64,000 nt of DNA from Adineta vaga (GCA_021613535.1 CP075496.1:10912001-10976000), one strand, 5' to 3'; shown: positions 25,752 through 40,257, numbered from the stretch's first letter. The notes: generated by a model from the sequence alone, not told the origin. Program-made: numbers and translations.

Positions 25752-27533
25752 TTAATAACTAGCTTCAGAGCTGTATGACGATGATTGGAATGACGATGAG
25801 CCACCAGCACCACCAGCACCTAAAATTAAGATAATGATTAAATAATAATCCGCAATAGAAGAGCATAAATATCAATGAAACTGATGCTTACCAACAAAGT
25901 TAGCGAATTCAGCACGATCAATACCGCCATCTTGGTTGGTATCAGCAGCAGCAAATGCAGCATCAGCACCAAAGCCGGCACCACCACCAGCAGAGAAGCC
26001 TGATGATTCATATGATGAAGATGATGCACCATAACCACCACCTACTCCACCAGCAGCGAAACCGGCTTCAAAACCTCCAGCACCACCGCCTGCTGAAAAA
26101 TTAGATTGTTCAAATGATGATGAACTGAATTCACCACCAGCACCGCCAACAGCACCACCTTCGAAACCTGATGATGCACCATATGCACTAGCACTGAAAC
26201 CAACAGCAGCTGCACCGGCTGGTGGTGACTAGAACAAATAAATATGATCATCATTAAAAGAATACAAAATAATGTTATCAACGCACAATATCTTCAACAA
26301 CACCAGCAGCACGAGCTTGTTGGAGAAGTGTAGCAGCATCAAGAAGTTGTGCACCATATTGTTGAAGATAAGCTTGTGGATTAGCTTGAGTGACACCGAG
26401 ACGTTGGAATTGACGAACAACACGAACTTGTACAGCTTCATATTGAATGATAACATTGCGTGGACGAGCGTATTGTTGAGCAGCAGCAGCACGTTGAACA
26501 ATTGTTTTTCGTTTAGCTTGAGCTCCATATGGAACCCAACGTTCGATAATGATATCACCTGAACAAAATAATGTATTTTATGAAAATAAAATTGTACATA
26601 AAAGTAAAAATACATACGTGGTCGTGGTGGAAGAGGTGGAAGACGTTCAATGATGACTGATCGTGGTGGAACTGGGAGAGCACCTAAGCGACGAACAACA
26701 GTTTGAGCAGCAATAGAAGCTGGTATTTGTGGTGGTTTTTCACGAAGGATGAGTGGAGGTGGTTGAGGAAGAGGTGGAGCTTGTTGACGGATACGAAGAG
26801 GTGGTGGTGGAGGTGGTTGAGGTGGGCGCACTTCTTTGATGATGAGTGGCTAGAAGAAGAGAAAATTAATAAGTTTTTTCGATCGTTGATCATGCGAATT
26901 AGTAACGATTACTTACGCCTGGTGGTGGAATAGGTGGTGGTTGAAGGAAGCGAACTTTGATATTTTGTGTATATGTTTGAACGCCACCTACAGCTGGACG
27001 ACGAATAATTTGTGGGTTAGGATCTTGGAAGAGACCTTGTGCATCAGTAGCATATTGTTGTACTTGAGTGCTGGATGATGAAGATTCAAAAGATTGTCCG
27101 CCAACACCGACAGCTGCACCAGCAGCATAACCAGCCTCAGCACCATAGCCACCGCCGCTCGAAAAGGATGCTGATGATGATTCATAACTACTCGAGCCAG
27201 CAGCTAATCCACCAGCACCAAATGATGCATCGTATCCAGCAGCAGCAGCACCGCCTCCATAACCACCACTTGATGATGATTCGAATGATGATGCTTCATA
27301 ACTTGAACCACCAGCACCGGCACCAATGTTTTGTCCTACACGATAAAGATGATTTGCATTGATTTAAATGTATGTATATTTCGAGTGAAATAGAACTTAC
27401 CGAGAAAATTACGGAATTCATTAATATCGAGAGTACCATCACGGTTAGTATCAGCTTGTTGAAAGGTTGCATCAGCACCACCAGCACCGCCGTTCGATGA
27501 GTAGGATGATGATTGATATTGATAGTTGGCCAT
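25752..27533 (-). CDS. Gly/Ser/Ala-rich protein with terminal EF-hands and a Pro-rich core (486 aa, 6 exons)
   Basis: Exons 27533-27401, 27335-26917, 26849-26618, 26558-26287, 26228-25892 and 25819-25752 sum to 1461 nt in frame with canonical GT-AG sites. EF loops DTNRDGTLDINE and DTNQDGGIDRAE. Confidence 0.88.
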
Positions 27534-27615
27534 CTTAGATTCCTATCGTAGGTATGGAGGAAAGGTTTGCTTGTGCTAGAAACAAAGTGAAGAAAATCTG
27601 CTGATAAAGCATGGC

Positions 27616-27622
27616 TTATATA
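27616..27622 (-). promoter_or_regulatory. Putative TATA box of the EF-hand/Gly-rich gene
   Basis: TATATAA with GC-richer flanks (GGCC-TATATAA-GCC), about 83 nt upstream of the ATG at 27533. Confidence 0.5.
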
Positions 27623-28452
27623 GGCCAAGTAGTTCATGCGTGGATAGAAATAAAATAAGCAGAAAGCGAGAGACAGAGAGAGAGAAAAATTGGATTATGG
27701 ATAAGCAACTGATGAGCTGCCTTGTCATGGTCACTTATTTCAATGAAATAACATACATCTAACAAAAGAAAAAAGGAAAAAGTGAGGATACAGACAGATA
27801 AAGTAATCTTAAAACAATAGATAACCTTCGTCAATTTTGATTACTCGAAAGAAAAAAACAAACTAATAGTGATTAATGATGGCTATTTTTAATTTGTATT
27901 CGAGACCGATAAATAACATTAGTATGTAATGATTGAAGGACAAAAGTCTATTCATACAAATAATCGATGATTGAAAATTAAAATTGTTTATTACAAATTA
28001 CTTTACACATTTGACTGATCGTAATCATAGAAGAAATATCTAATTCTCATGCTATCATTGAAATTGGAAATATATATATATATATATACCATTTGATTGG
28101 AAATCACAATAACAAACGTTTCAAATTTCTAATGATCTCTAGTAAAATTATTCAACAGATCTTATTTAATATTCTTGAATATGATTTTAAATAACTATAC
28201 GTTTAAATTCTATTCAGTAGATTCATTTTCCTTCTCAATTTCATAATCAAGACATATTTCAACTGTTTATCCATCATTTCAATAACTACCTTGATAATCA
28301 AGGTTTTATCCTATTATGAACATATATTACATAATAGACATATTCTTTACAAAACTTATTATTACCAGTGATAGGGCAACCATGAAAAAGAAAGGAAAAG
28401 ACAATAAAAGAGAGAGAGAACAATGATGAGAAGAATACAATTGTAGTAGACA

Positions 28453-31400
28453 TTAATTAAAACGTAAATCATTATAATAATTAAGTAAACCCACAATACT
28501 AGTCTGATCACTGGTTGTTGTGCGCACCACACGTTGACGATCAGCACGTTCAAAATTCGATCGAACAAGTTCATAATATTCTCCATCAGCTAATACTAAT
28601 GATTGTAGTCTAACACATCGAATTCTAAAAAAAATGATTTATTTTCTAATTAAAACAATAATTCAGAATAAATTTTTAACATTACCGAATATGATCAATA
28701 AATTTTGAACTATTCTCATTCCATCTTAATGTTTCTTCATCCCATTGAATTTCTAATCGTTCTAATCTTTGACATTCTTGTGCACATGCTTCTAAAATTT
28801 GATCAATATGAATACGTGTATTAATCTTTTTGAACCATCCATGTGGAGTACCCATAACCAAAATTCTTTGAATAAATACACATGTAAACATTTACATTAT
28901 TCAATAGTTATAAAACCTACCTAATATTTTTCATATGTTTTATTGTATTAATCCAAAATTGTTCAGTTACTTTCGAATTACCAGCATAAGAAAGTCCGCG
29001 TAATTGACGTCCATGTCGTTTCAATAATGTAAATACAACTTCATGATTAAGATTCACTGTGTTACTTAAATCAATTGCACGAATATTTGTTAATTTATCA
29101 AGATCAATAAGAAGTTCAAGTACCTAAAATTCATCGATTGAATAATTCTATTAACAATAGATCATAGCAATCAATTACCTTATCAGTGAAACCATCACAA
29201 TTGGGTACAGCTAAATATGTTAAATTAGGCATTCGTTCGAATACGTTTAATAAGCAATTTTCCGATAAATCTGTTGATGATATATCAAGCTCATTAACAG
29301 CTGACGATCCCCAATCAGCTGCTAACATTCCATGATCTTCAATACCTATTGATGATGAAAGAAATATTTACTAGAGGCAAACAATGATATATACTAATCA
29401 TATGTTACCAGTATTTTGAAGAAGTAAACATTGTATTTTTCTACAGCGTTGTAATAAAGTTTTGAAACTTGAACCTTTTACACGCGTACAAAAATTTAAG
29501 GCAAGACATTCAAGATGAATGCAACCGGATGCAATAATTTCAATATGATTATCATCAACGAAAAATATACCATATAAATTTATAACCTAAATGTCAATAG
29601 ACTTTAAATAAAAAACTATAATTCTTTACTCTACATGATATATTCTCAAATCGAATTTTGTCTTCATCATATAGACTCCTACGAAAACAGGTCATTTTGA
29701 CATGAAAATATACTTCTGGATATCGAAGTATCTATGTGTTAATTAACTTTCACTTCTCCTTCAAAATCTTTGATATAGAAATGTGTAGGAAGAAATTTAC
29801 AGTATACAATCTTCTTTGTTATCATATACAGTTATTTTTCAGTAGATATATCTGATAATAGATGACTGGTCTTTTCCCATCAACAATAGTACATGATATA
29901 TATATATATATATATTGCTACGAGATTCTTGCTATCATTACTAATAGATTACCGATGATTCATTAGATAGAAACGTGCCAAAGAAACGAGAGACTTCCTT
30001 TCTAATTTAACTAAACTTACACGAAGATTTGGTGTTTGGGCTTTGATTTTACTAATATTAATTGTTTCGTAAACTTCTTCCTCAGCTTCATTTGATTTCT
30101 CAATTGTTCCTTTGGAGAAAAAGAAAATCAAAAATTCCCTTAATGAATTCATCATTTCTAATTTTCTTACCAATAATTTGTAGAATTTCTAGTGAAGATA
30201 GATAAGTATAAATACGTCTCATAAAACCTTCAAGAAAAATCACTTCCGATAAACAAATACAAAGCATTTTTAAATTGCATGGAAAGATATTTAAATCATA
30301 GAAATCATGTAATTGCATCGCAGTTGAAAAATCTAATGTTAAATATTTTAAATTCGGACATTTATTTGCTAATTCATGTAAAACATCAGCTGTTATTAAT
30401 TCCATTGGTAATTCAATATACTGTAATGATGATGAAAAACGATGGCCAATTAATTGAAGGAATTGATCGAGATTTTTTACATGTAAACCATGATATTCTG
30501 GACGAAGAAAAACTGTCTTCCATAATCGAGAATTTTGACTTAATGAACGCCATAATCGACAGACACGTGCACAACGTAATAATTCAACATGTGGTAAATA
30601 AGAAAAGATTGATAATAAAACTTTTTCTGGTAAAGTATTGAAATCACGCTAGAAACAGATGGAGAAAAAAAAGAGTTAGAATTAGATTCATTGAAAAAAT
30701 TCAATCGATCTATTAGAATCACTTTTGATATTCGTTTTTTAATTGAAGGTTGCGTTTCCATACTGAAATGTCGTTAATAGAGTGAATCAATACTGCTTCA
30801 TATGCTTATGAGACGAGAGAGAATGAAGGAAGAAAACGAGTGTTAAACGAGGTTATTAGTACACATAAGTCATATCATCATTGTCGGTGGTCGTATATTG
30901 TCATCGTTTATTTTCTTCTGCATAATTTACATAGTTAAGCATGTAAGATTGATATGAGTATACTTATGAAAATAGAAGGTTTGCATAATAATAAATTACC
31001 TGCATATCTTGAGATGGCAAGCAGCTGTTTCTCTTCATCGAGAGTTAAATATTACTGCTATTCATTCAATAATCAGCTATTATTATTGATGATTCGATTA
31101 CTTATTTGCTGTAGCTTTTTTTACAGACTTTTGTCTTGTTTCCAAATCGATGCAGATGGCATTTCTAATGGCTTTCGTTTTTTTTTCTTTGTTCTAAATA
31201 TTTCTTTTATTCTTATGGATATTTCAGTAACAAATAAAGCCTATTAGCAATCGACTATATTCTATTGAATTAATATGATCTCAATTGGGAGACGAAGGCC
31301 GTCTTTGTTTGGTTCTTGTTAATAAAATAAATATCATCGTTCGACTGATTCTTTGTTCTATATAGGCAATAAAGACTTTCGCTGATGCTAACGGAATCGT

Positions 31401-31962
31401 TAACACTTATTAACATTTAGTCAGCAACAACAGTAACCATCTGCTGTACTCAAGTAACCGAATTGGAAAATAAGGCAAATATATAAATGAGAGATTTACT
31501 GTGGCTTTCTCGAGGTCAGAAAGTAGAATAATATTTAAGAAATCAAGTGAAATGTTTATCTTAAATAATAGTCAGTTAGTCAGCGTTCTTTATTTTCAAG
31601 AGAAATGTTGATTGAATTATAGAATCTGAATGATTTCTTCTGTCAAATAAAGAGAAATGAGATAAGAATTATTACATGTCTCTTTTTCGTCGTAACACTT
31701 GAGAGAAAAAAAGCCATTAGGATGTAATGGATGATTTAGTAGATGATAAAAACCAGCATGAGATGTAACGATAATAATAATAAAAATACAAATAAAACTG
31801 ACTTACTTTTATTCGTCGTTTTGATCGTTGACTAGCATTATGTTCATTATTTTGATCTGAATCATCTTCATTTTCACCATCAAGTTTATGACCCCATGCT
31901 TCTTGTGCTACACTAGAGAACATAGCAGTGGGATTCGTCATTGTGAATCGACGTAAATCCAT
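28453..31962 (-). CDS. F-box/LRR-repeat protein (FBXL family)
   Basis: F-box FNTLPEKVLLSIFSYLPHVELLRCARVCRLWRSL, then LRRs (LANKCPNLKYLTLD, GCIHLECLALNFC, FERMPNLTYLAVPNC). First exon MDLRRF... joins in phase 0. Confidence 0.88.
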
Positions 31963-32464
31963 TACAAATTTTTTTCCCTTTTTTTTACACCGAATCAATA
32001 ATCATTCATTATTTGTTTATATTTCGATAACGCTAATTCATACTTGTAGAGTAAAACATCATTATGACTGGTGTACAGCAACAAGGCAAAGAACATTAGA
32101 AAAGAAGAAAAATAAGCCATATCCAAGGCTATCCTTTAATTTTATCCATCGTTTTTTTCCTCGTTCATGATGGATCACAGACGACGCGATGACTTTATCG
32201 CACGCAGATGTTGACATAATGCTATGATATCTCATCATGTATAAATATCGTCTTAGTAGATCGAATAGAAATATGATTACTGAGAAAATGATATGCCGTT
32301 TATCCCGTAGTCAAGCAAAAAGAAACACACACAGACACACATTAGATCCAAACTTCCAATAAAATATTATCTGCATCATCAAAACAACAGGATAAGAATT
32401 GACCATGTATATGTAAAGAACAATTTTTTAAAATGAAACAAAGAGATAATTATAAAAATGGATT

Positions 32465-33384
32465 TTATGTCGCTGCTGGTGTATGACTTTTCGTACCATG
32501 TTTAAGAACATAATGTGAAGTTGGTAAAATACGTGCAAGAAAATCAAGTTGATGAGTTTGAAACTAGAAAAGAAAAGAATGATTACTATGAAGTTCGGTA
32601 TCAGAAATCATACGGCTGGTCGATCAGGCATTGTACGGCGTTGATGATCACTACCAAATACAACTGTATTTTCTGGTAAGGTTTCATTTGTTGTTAATGA
32701 ACATTTTGCACCAATGACACAACCACTTGTTAATGTAACACTGCGACCAATTTGAGCTAAATTTATATCATTTTCTTTTCTACTAAGAAACAAAAAGTTG
32801 AAATAAGGTTTTTGCACATACCTTTACATTCGAGAATATTGTTATCACCAACTTTCAGAGCTTCACAATCTATTTTAATAAGTTTATTAATATAATTTTG
32901 AATTTACTATCAAATAACATACGTGAACCAACTTCAAAGACATTATTATTTCCTATTATCATTACTACTTGATTCATCTGATCTTTATCACTACCAGGTG
33001 GAAATCTAGAATATAGTTGTTTTCACAGATACTGATTATGAAAATCGATTTTTGTATTACCGATTAGCTATAACACATTGTTCTTCAATTAAATTTCCAT
33101 CGCCAATAAAAATCGGACCAGCTTCAGCAATAATACTAACACCTGGATGAATGATAGTTTTACTTCCTAAATAAGAAATCATTTCTTACAGATAAGTCAA
33201 TAACAATTTTCTTTCTAGAAAACTATATACCAATGGAAATTTCACCAACTAATTGAAGACGTTCTTCACAAACATATGCACCTGGTGCAATGGTAACTTG
33301 ATAACTAAAATACAAATTGATACTGAAAATAGGTATCAAAATATCGATCATTGTTTCTTACCTAGAATTGATAGCTGGACACAT
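32465..33384 (-). CDS. DCTN6: Dynactin subunit 6 (p27)
   Basis: [82 protein letters not shown] (left-handed beta-helix). Confidence 0.93.
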
Positions 33385-34201
33385 TTTTGCGTTAGTTTTA
33401 TCCAAAGTAAAGAATTGTTTTACTCATTAGTTTAAAACAGCAAAGCAAGTCAAGACAAATGTCAATCCAGCATTTACCAATACAAAAAGAATTCTCCATA
33501 GATGTCATCTGCAGTCACAGTACTATCTAATCGAGATCAACTCATTAAATCTTCTATATTTTTCTTTCTCTCTCATCTTTGATTGCATATTCCCATATAA
33601 ATTAAGTGACATCAATTAGTAGTATCGATATTTATAGTAACAGTAAATTAACAACAAGTTTTATTGAAGATAAACAGAATAAGCACAAAGAAAGAGAATT
33701 TTATATTGATGCGAGTTATACATATAAGCTTTTAAAAAAGCTTGTTTGTCCTTAGAGTAGATATGATATAATTTCTGCATTTCGTGTCATACATTGAAAC
33801 TCGATCCTATATATTTTAATATTATTCCCAAGACAAATCAGTTGTTTTTGCTTAAAACAACAAAAAATTTTATTGATTAAAGTAGTTTTTTTAATCAGCG
33901 AGATGTTAACCATAGAATATACTGAATGAATATTAGATACACACTGTTTGGAGTGAATAGTCATGTTCTAACTTCATATTGGATTTATCCTATTTAGTTT
34001 CGTCATGTTAAAAGTTATCAACTGGCATTAACTATACTGAATGGTTATCTGCTGACATCTGTTTTCTATCTTATATACTTCCTCATTGCTGAAAGTTTAT
34101 TACGAATCGATGTCTACCATCTATTCACTATTTCGATAAACGCTTTAAATAAAACAAATAACTCGTCATTTGTTGATTTTCCTATGTGGAACTAGTTAGA
34201 G

Positions 34202-34227
34202 CTACTACTACTACTACTACACTACTA
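34202..34227. repeat. (CTA)n microsatellite, imperfect
   Basis: Direct reading. Confidence 0.8.
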
Positions 34228-34636
34228 GGTCCTATCGATTTTCTAACCATACGAAGACGTTTTGATTGACTGTATAAATCACGATCATTATAAAAGAATC
34301 AACAATATAAAGCATTCGTATTCTTCCTTTTTTTTGTTATTTGAATAAACTAATTCAATGGCATGCATATTCAAATAAATAATCCGTGAGGAGAAGAAAA
34401 AAATTGATTTCCTTTATTTTTTCATAATCAAGAACATTATCGATGTTAATAAGTACGTATTATTTATATGTGTATTTCTTTTCTTTTGTAGATAGTCGAA
34501 TCGTATAAATTAATTTATTTTATTATTCTGCTATATTAGTTAAGTCTACTCAGGTTGTCAATAGAATTTGCAATCGTTAATTCAAGATATATTTTTCGTT
34601 GATTTCTAATGGGCTGGTGTGTTGATTATCAACAGC

Positions 34637-37330
34637 ATGATTCGTTTTCTTCGTTATCGTTTTGCTATTTTTCGATATATTTTCCTGTGGTTATTCATAA
34701 TATCAATGTTCAAAATAACGACAGTATTCTATTATGATTTACAACAACAATCAATTGATAGTAGTTCATTAGCTTTACCATTTGATGATATAAATTCGAA
34801 TAAAGATAAATCAATCAACTTGACTACTCCTGAAGTTTCAACACCAAATATATCATTAGTAATTAATCGAACAGCAATTGAATACTATCGAAAATATGTT
34901 GAAAGAAAAAATCATGAACAATTTATGTATAACCAACATTTATTTTCAACAACAACAACACGATATGTTCTATTGGTACAAGTACATACACGTGTTGTTT
35001 ATCTGAAGAAATTTATTGAAATGTTACGTGCTGTTGAAACAATTAATCAAACATTATTGGTATTTAGTCATGATTATATTGATCCCGAAATAAATATTCT
35101 TGTTACAAATATTTCTTTTGTTCCGGTAAGTCTTTTCAATTAGAAATAAATCTTATCTTTGAGATATACAAGTATTCAATCATTTCGATATCAGAATCAT
35201 AGTAAATCAATATAAGACAAACAGTCTTAATTTTTTATGCTATTCATAGAATACCAGTTTCTTTACCATAATAACCTCTTATTTCAATATAATCAGATCA
35301 AATATGAGTATGCTTTATATCATATTACTATTTGTAGACAGATGATATATTGCTATGATGAAAAAAATCTTTCGACCAGTCTAAATTGAAATGAATATCT
35401 TTTAAATAAAAGAAACGTGATTTAAACAAGATAATGTTACATAAAATTATGAATTTTGTAGGTGATTCAAATATTTTATCCATTTTCCCAACAACTTTAT
35501 CCGGATGAATTTCCTGGTCTTGATCCAGATGATTGTCCACGTGATATGGCAAAGCATAAGTAAGACAACAGTTTGATTTAATTTTCAATCTATTATTTAT
35601 CATTTTCTAAATCATTCTTACAGACATTTGTTAAGGAAGTAAATAGGTGGATTGTCTCTAATAATGATAATAACATAAAACTAGTAAATGATGATTTGAA
35701 AGACTTATCTAGATCTTCGAGTGCGTGCGTATTTTTTTCTAACATAATGATCACAAATAAAAATTCTTTGTTTTTCATTTACATTAACTCATCTTCTGCA
35801 TAATTGATAGTGTACGATTATAGAAGTATAGATTTGATATTTTATTTTGTAGAGCTTTGGCAAGTCGATGTAAGAATGCGCCATATCCAGATAAATATGG
35901 ACATTATAGAGAAGTATCAATTGTACAAATAAAACATCATTGGTGGTGGAAAGTAAGTTCAAGATTGTTCATCTTTTACATGATTTTCATAATCATAATA
36001 TCTAAATTATGATTCAATTGTATAGCATTTCATTCAGTTTCTAGAAATGACAGGAAAAATTGTAAACATTGATGGTAAATATTTTTTAACAGGAAGTAGA
36101 TACTATGCTCTACTTGTAAACAATCAGCTCTTGTAAATCAATATCAGTGTTGGACATAATAACTTTTGATTCAACATGATCAATACATTGTAGTAATTTT
36201 AATATTTAGTTTATAATCTAAAATACTTTTCTAACATAATGAATGTCAATATGAGATATGTGAATATATTTTTAGAAAATCATATTCGAAATAAAGATAG
36301 TAATGTGTTTAAACATCAGTTTTCGAGGTTATAGTTAAGAATCGTAACAATTGCTCGCACTTTTTAGATGCTAATATAAATTAAAATACTGCTTGATATA
36401 ATACAAAAAATAAATTCAATTCAATTCTGTCAGATTTTTCTAATTTGATTATAAATTTTGACTTCTTTTGATCATATGGTGATCTTTTCTTTTCTAGCTT
36501 AATTATGTTTTTAATTCAATTGAAATCTTACAAAATCGTACTGATCTTTTGTTACTTTTACTTGAAGAAGATTTTTATCTCTCGCCTGATGCTCTTATAT
36601 TTTTAAAGAAAATGGAAGAGGAAAAACCACGGTAATAATTTAAAATTTTCTAAATAATCTTCGAACTTTTTCATAAAATAGTCTATGTCCAGAATGTTTA
36701 TTTTATACATTGGGTAATTTAGAAAAATCAGGTAGACAATTCGAAAAACTTAGTTCAAAAGTGAGTGATAGAAAATGTTTAAAAATCATTAGGAAATATA
36801 TGTTTTAAGGTCTCTATTGCATATTGGCATGCAAGATATAATCTTGGCATGACCATATCGTATTCATTATGGGTTCTACTTGTTAAATATGCGGAAGAAT
36901 TTTGTAATATTGATGATTATAATTGGGATTGGTCACTTGTTTATTTAGCACAACAACGTCTAAATTATCCACGTGTTATGTGGTCAAGTGCAACCCGACT
37001 TATTCATCTTGGTTCATGGTAAAATATCTAGATTTGAATTCGATCTATCTTTTTTTTTTAATTCTTGGACATTTTAGTGGTACACATCATAAGAAAACAT
37101 GCTCAAGCGAATCAGATATCGCCCGATGGAAAGAAACAGATAAATTCTATGATGTTAATAAACAACATCTATTTCCAACGAAACCTCTTTCGGTACATTT
37201 GAAATACGAAGCGAAGCGTCCAGTTAAACAAACGAATGGTGGTTGGTCGGATCTACGCGATCGACAATTATGTTTATCTTTTGCGTTGAAAAATACAAAA
37301 GATCTTTCTCTTGTTAATGTAGAAACTTGA
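34637..37330 (+). CDS. MGAT2: Alpha-1,6-mannosyl-glycoprotein 2-beta-N-acetylglucosaminyltransferase (GnT-II)
   Basis: Type II TM anchor; LVQVHTRVVYL, LLVFSHDY, QIFYPFSQQLYPDEFPGLDPDDCPRD, YPDKYGHYRE...QIKHHWWWK, LLLEEDFY, FCNIDDYNWDWSL, NGGWSDLRDRQLC. Confidence 0.95.
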
Positions 37331-37479
37331 AATTTTTCGTTTTTTGTGCAATATTTAAACTTTATGAGTTTTTATTTCTATATTGCGGAATCTAATTTTT
37401 TCTTTCTTTCTTTTGTTTGTATACTTCTCTAGATCATAAATTAAGATTTGAAGAAAAGAAGAAAAAAAGAACAACAAAA

Positions 37480-40257
37480 ATGCATTTAGCTATCCGTCGA
37501 AGCTATTTTGCATTACTAATGAATAGAAATGTAATTATCTTCATTTGTTTTTTTTTTAATTTCTTCTATCGACATAATCTATTCAAATACAGGTGCCCTT
37601 TGAACTTTGTCGAAAGCAATGTTTGCCGTCATTTTGTTCTGTTCTTTCGTTTCGTTCGTCTACAACCATTTCACAGAGAAGCGCCTACATGACATCGTCA
37701 CATGCAACAGAACAAACCGGTTTGCTTAAGTTAGATAACAAAACCTTCACGTTTTTGATATTTTTCAAAATCATTTTCCTTTTAGATTACCGGTGCCAAC
37801 ATTAGCTGAAACAGCGCAGAAGTATTTAAAAACAGTTGCACCTCTATTAAATAACGATGAATTTAATGAAACGAAAAAAGTTTGTTAATATAAATGAAAA
37901 AATTTGATGTATAGTTATCTTTGTGTTTAGATTGTTGAGCAATTTCAACGTGAAAGTGAACCATTGCAAGAACTGTTAGTAAAACGAGCAGAAACAGAAG
38001 AAAATTGGGTAAGAAAAATACTAAATTGTAAATCGATTCTACTTTATATTCTGATCTAGTTATCGAAATGGTGGCTTGATAAAACGTATTTAGAATGGCG
38101 TTTAAATTTACCTATTTTTTACAATCCAGCTTTAATATTTCCTCGGCAATCGTATAAAAATTTTAATGGACAAATTGAATTTGCAGCTAATTTTATTCAT
38201 GGTGTTCTACGTTATCGTGCAATGATTGATAAGTAATATCCTAATAGTTTGTTTAGAGTAAAGAAGTTTTTCTTTGAAACTTAGTGATCAATTACCAATT
38301 GATCGTTTTGGTAACGATCCACTTTGTATGGATCAATACAAAAAACTTATTGGTACATGTCGTATACCTGCCAAACGTATTGATCGACTTCATTTATATA
38401 ACAAGTCTAGTCATCATCATGTGGCTGTATTCTATCAGAATAATGTATAGTCTTCACAATTAGTTTTTATCATTACATTTGATTATATTCAGATCTATCG
38501 ACTTCCTGTTTATGATAAACAAGGGAATCCATTAACAGCTGAAGCCATATATAATCATTTGAAAAAATTGAGTGAGTCGAAAGAAACGAATGATCAAGCA
38601 AAATTACTTGGACATCTAACCGCCGATGAACGACAACATTTTGCACCAATCTATGAGCAATTATCGTCAAGTAAATTCTATCTCTTGTACGTAAAAAGAG
38701 AACGATCTATTGATGGCTCTATGTTTTAGTACCCGAAAATAAAGAATTATTTGATACAATCAATGATAGTGTACTTGTCTTGTGTCTAGACGACCATTAT
38801 CAAACATCTATTGAGGGAACATCAAAAAAAGATATTCAATCATTAGTAGGATACAATTTTCTACATGGTGGTGGAACGAAATATAATACTGCTAATCGAT
38901 GGTTTGATAAAACACTTCAAGTAGATTAATTTGGTATTTTTTTTGTAATCGAAAAAAGTGAACTTCTTTTCGTTCTAGCTTATCGTTGGACCTGATGGTT
39001 ATAGTGGTTTTAATTATGAACATTCAATGGCAGAAGGTGGAATGATTACAGCTTTAGTCGATCATGCTCTTGATTATTGGTTAGTTGGTTTATTTGAAAC
39101 AAGTGTATCATCAATGACATTTATTTTGTTCTTTTAGTAAGGTAGCCAAACCACTTGTTCAGACAGATCAATCATCATTACTCAATAAATGTCGTGTGAT
39201 TATACCTAAAGAAGTCGAACAATCAATTCTTGAAAGTGAAAAACGAGTCAATAAGTATGAATAAATTTTCAACATATTCAATTTAATTTTGTATTTAAAT
39301 TAGATTTGTTCAAAATTGTGATATAATCGTTTACAAATATAAGGGATATGGCAAACAATTTGCCAAAGAAAATAAACTAAGCATCGGTATAAACCATAAT
39401 CTTGTTTATTTTCATAAATATTTCGTTTTTTTCCAGATGCAATCATACAAGTTAGTTTACAAGTTGCTTATTTTCGGTTCGTACGATTGAAATTCGATTT
39501 GATAATTTAATTCTATGTGTATTTAGAATGCATGGAAAATGTGGTGCTACATATGAAAGTGGTTCTCTTCGTCGTTATCATCTTGGTCGAACAGAAACGA
39601 TTCGTTCATGTACTTTAGAAGCACAAAAATTTGCTCAAGCTATGGCTGAACAACATAATGAAACATCTAACAATGCAAAATACACTCTATTTCTCAATGC
39701 AATTCAAGCACATCGACAATATACGGCTGATGTAAGTAGACGAGTTGAAAAATCTATTTTTATTAAAAAAATCTCATTCTAGGCGATAAATGCAAAAGGT
39801 ATTGATCGACATTTGTTAGGATTAAAATTAATCGCCATGGAAAATAATTTACCTAAACCCGCATTATATGATCATTTGAGTTATAAACGTGTCATGCACT
39901 TTACACTTTCAACCAGTCAAGTAAGAGAACTGACTAATTAAAGAAATGAAATGAAATTTATTCTGAAATTTCAGGTTGGAGCAAAACATGATTGTGTAAT
40001 GATTTTTGGTCCAGCTGTTGATGATGGATGTAAGTTATGTTTATATTCAGAATGAATCATTTGATTTGAATATTTGTCTAGATGGTTGTTGTTATAATCC
40101 ACGTAATGATTCAATAAATTATATGATCACAGCATTCAAAATCAATAATGGAGGAACTAATGTCGAACAACTTTCAAATCATTTCAATCATAGTTTAACG
40201 GATATTCGACAATTAATTGAAGCAAATTCGACAAAATCAATCAAATCCAAATTATAG
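37480..40257 (+). CDS. CRAT: Carnitine O-acetyltransferase (choline/carnitine acyltransferase family)
   Basis: LPVPTL, ENWLSKWWLDKTYL, PLCMDQY, NRWFDKTLQ, NYEHSMAEG (catalytic His), TYESGSLRRYHLGRTETIRS, GIDRHLLGL, LSTSQ; C-terminal SKL. Confidence 0.88.

Noticed and set aside
26272-27362. Plus-strand ORFs (His/Gln-rich, Trp-rich) over the EF-hand gene
   Set aside because: Antisense shadows of the biased GGT/GCT/CCA codons of the minus-strand gene.
34337-34378. 11-bp inverted repeat TTATTTGAATA...TATTCAAATAA
   Set aside because: AT-only stem expected by chance in such AT-rich DNA.
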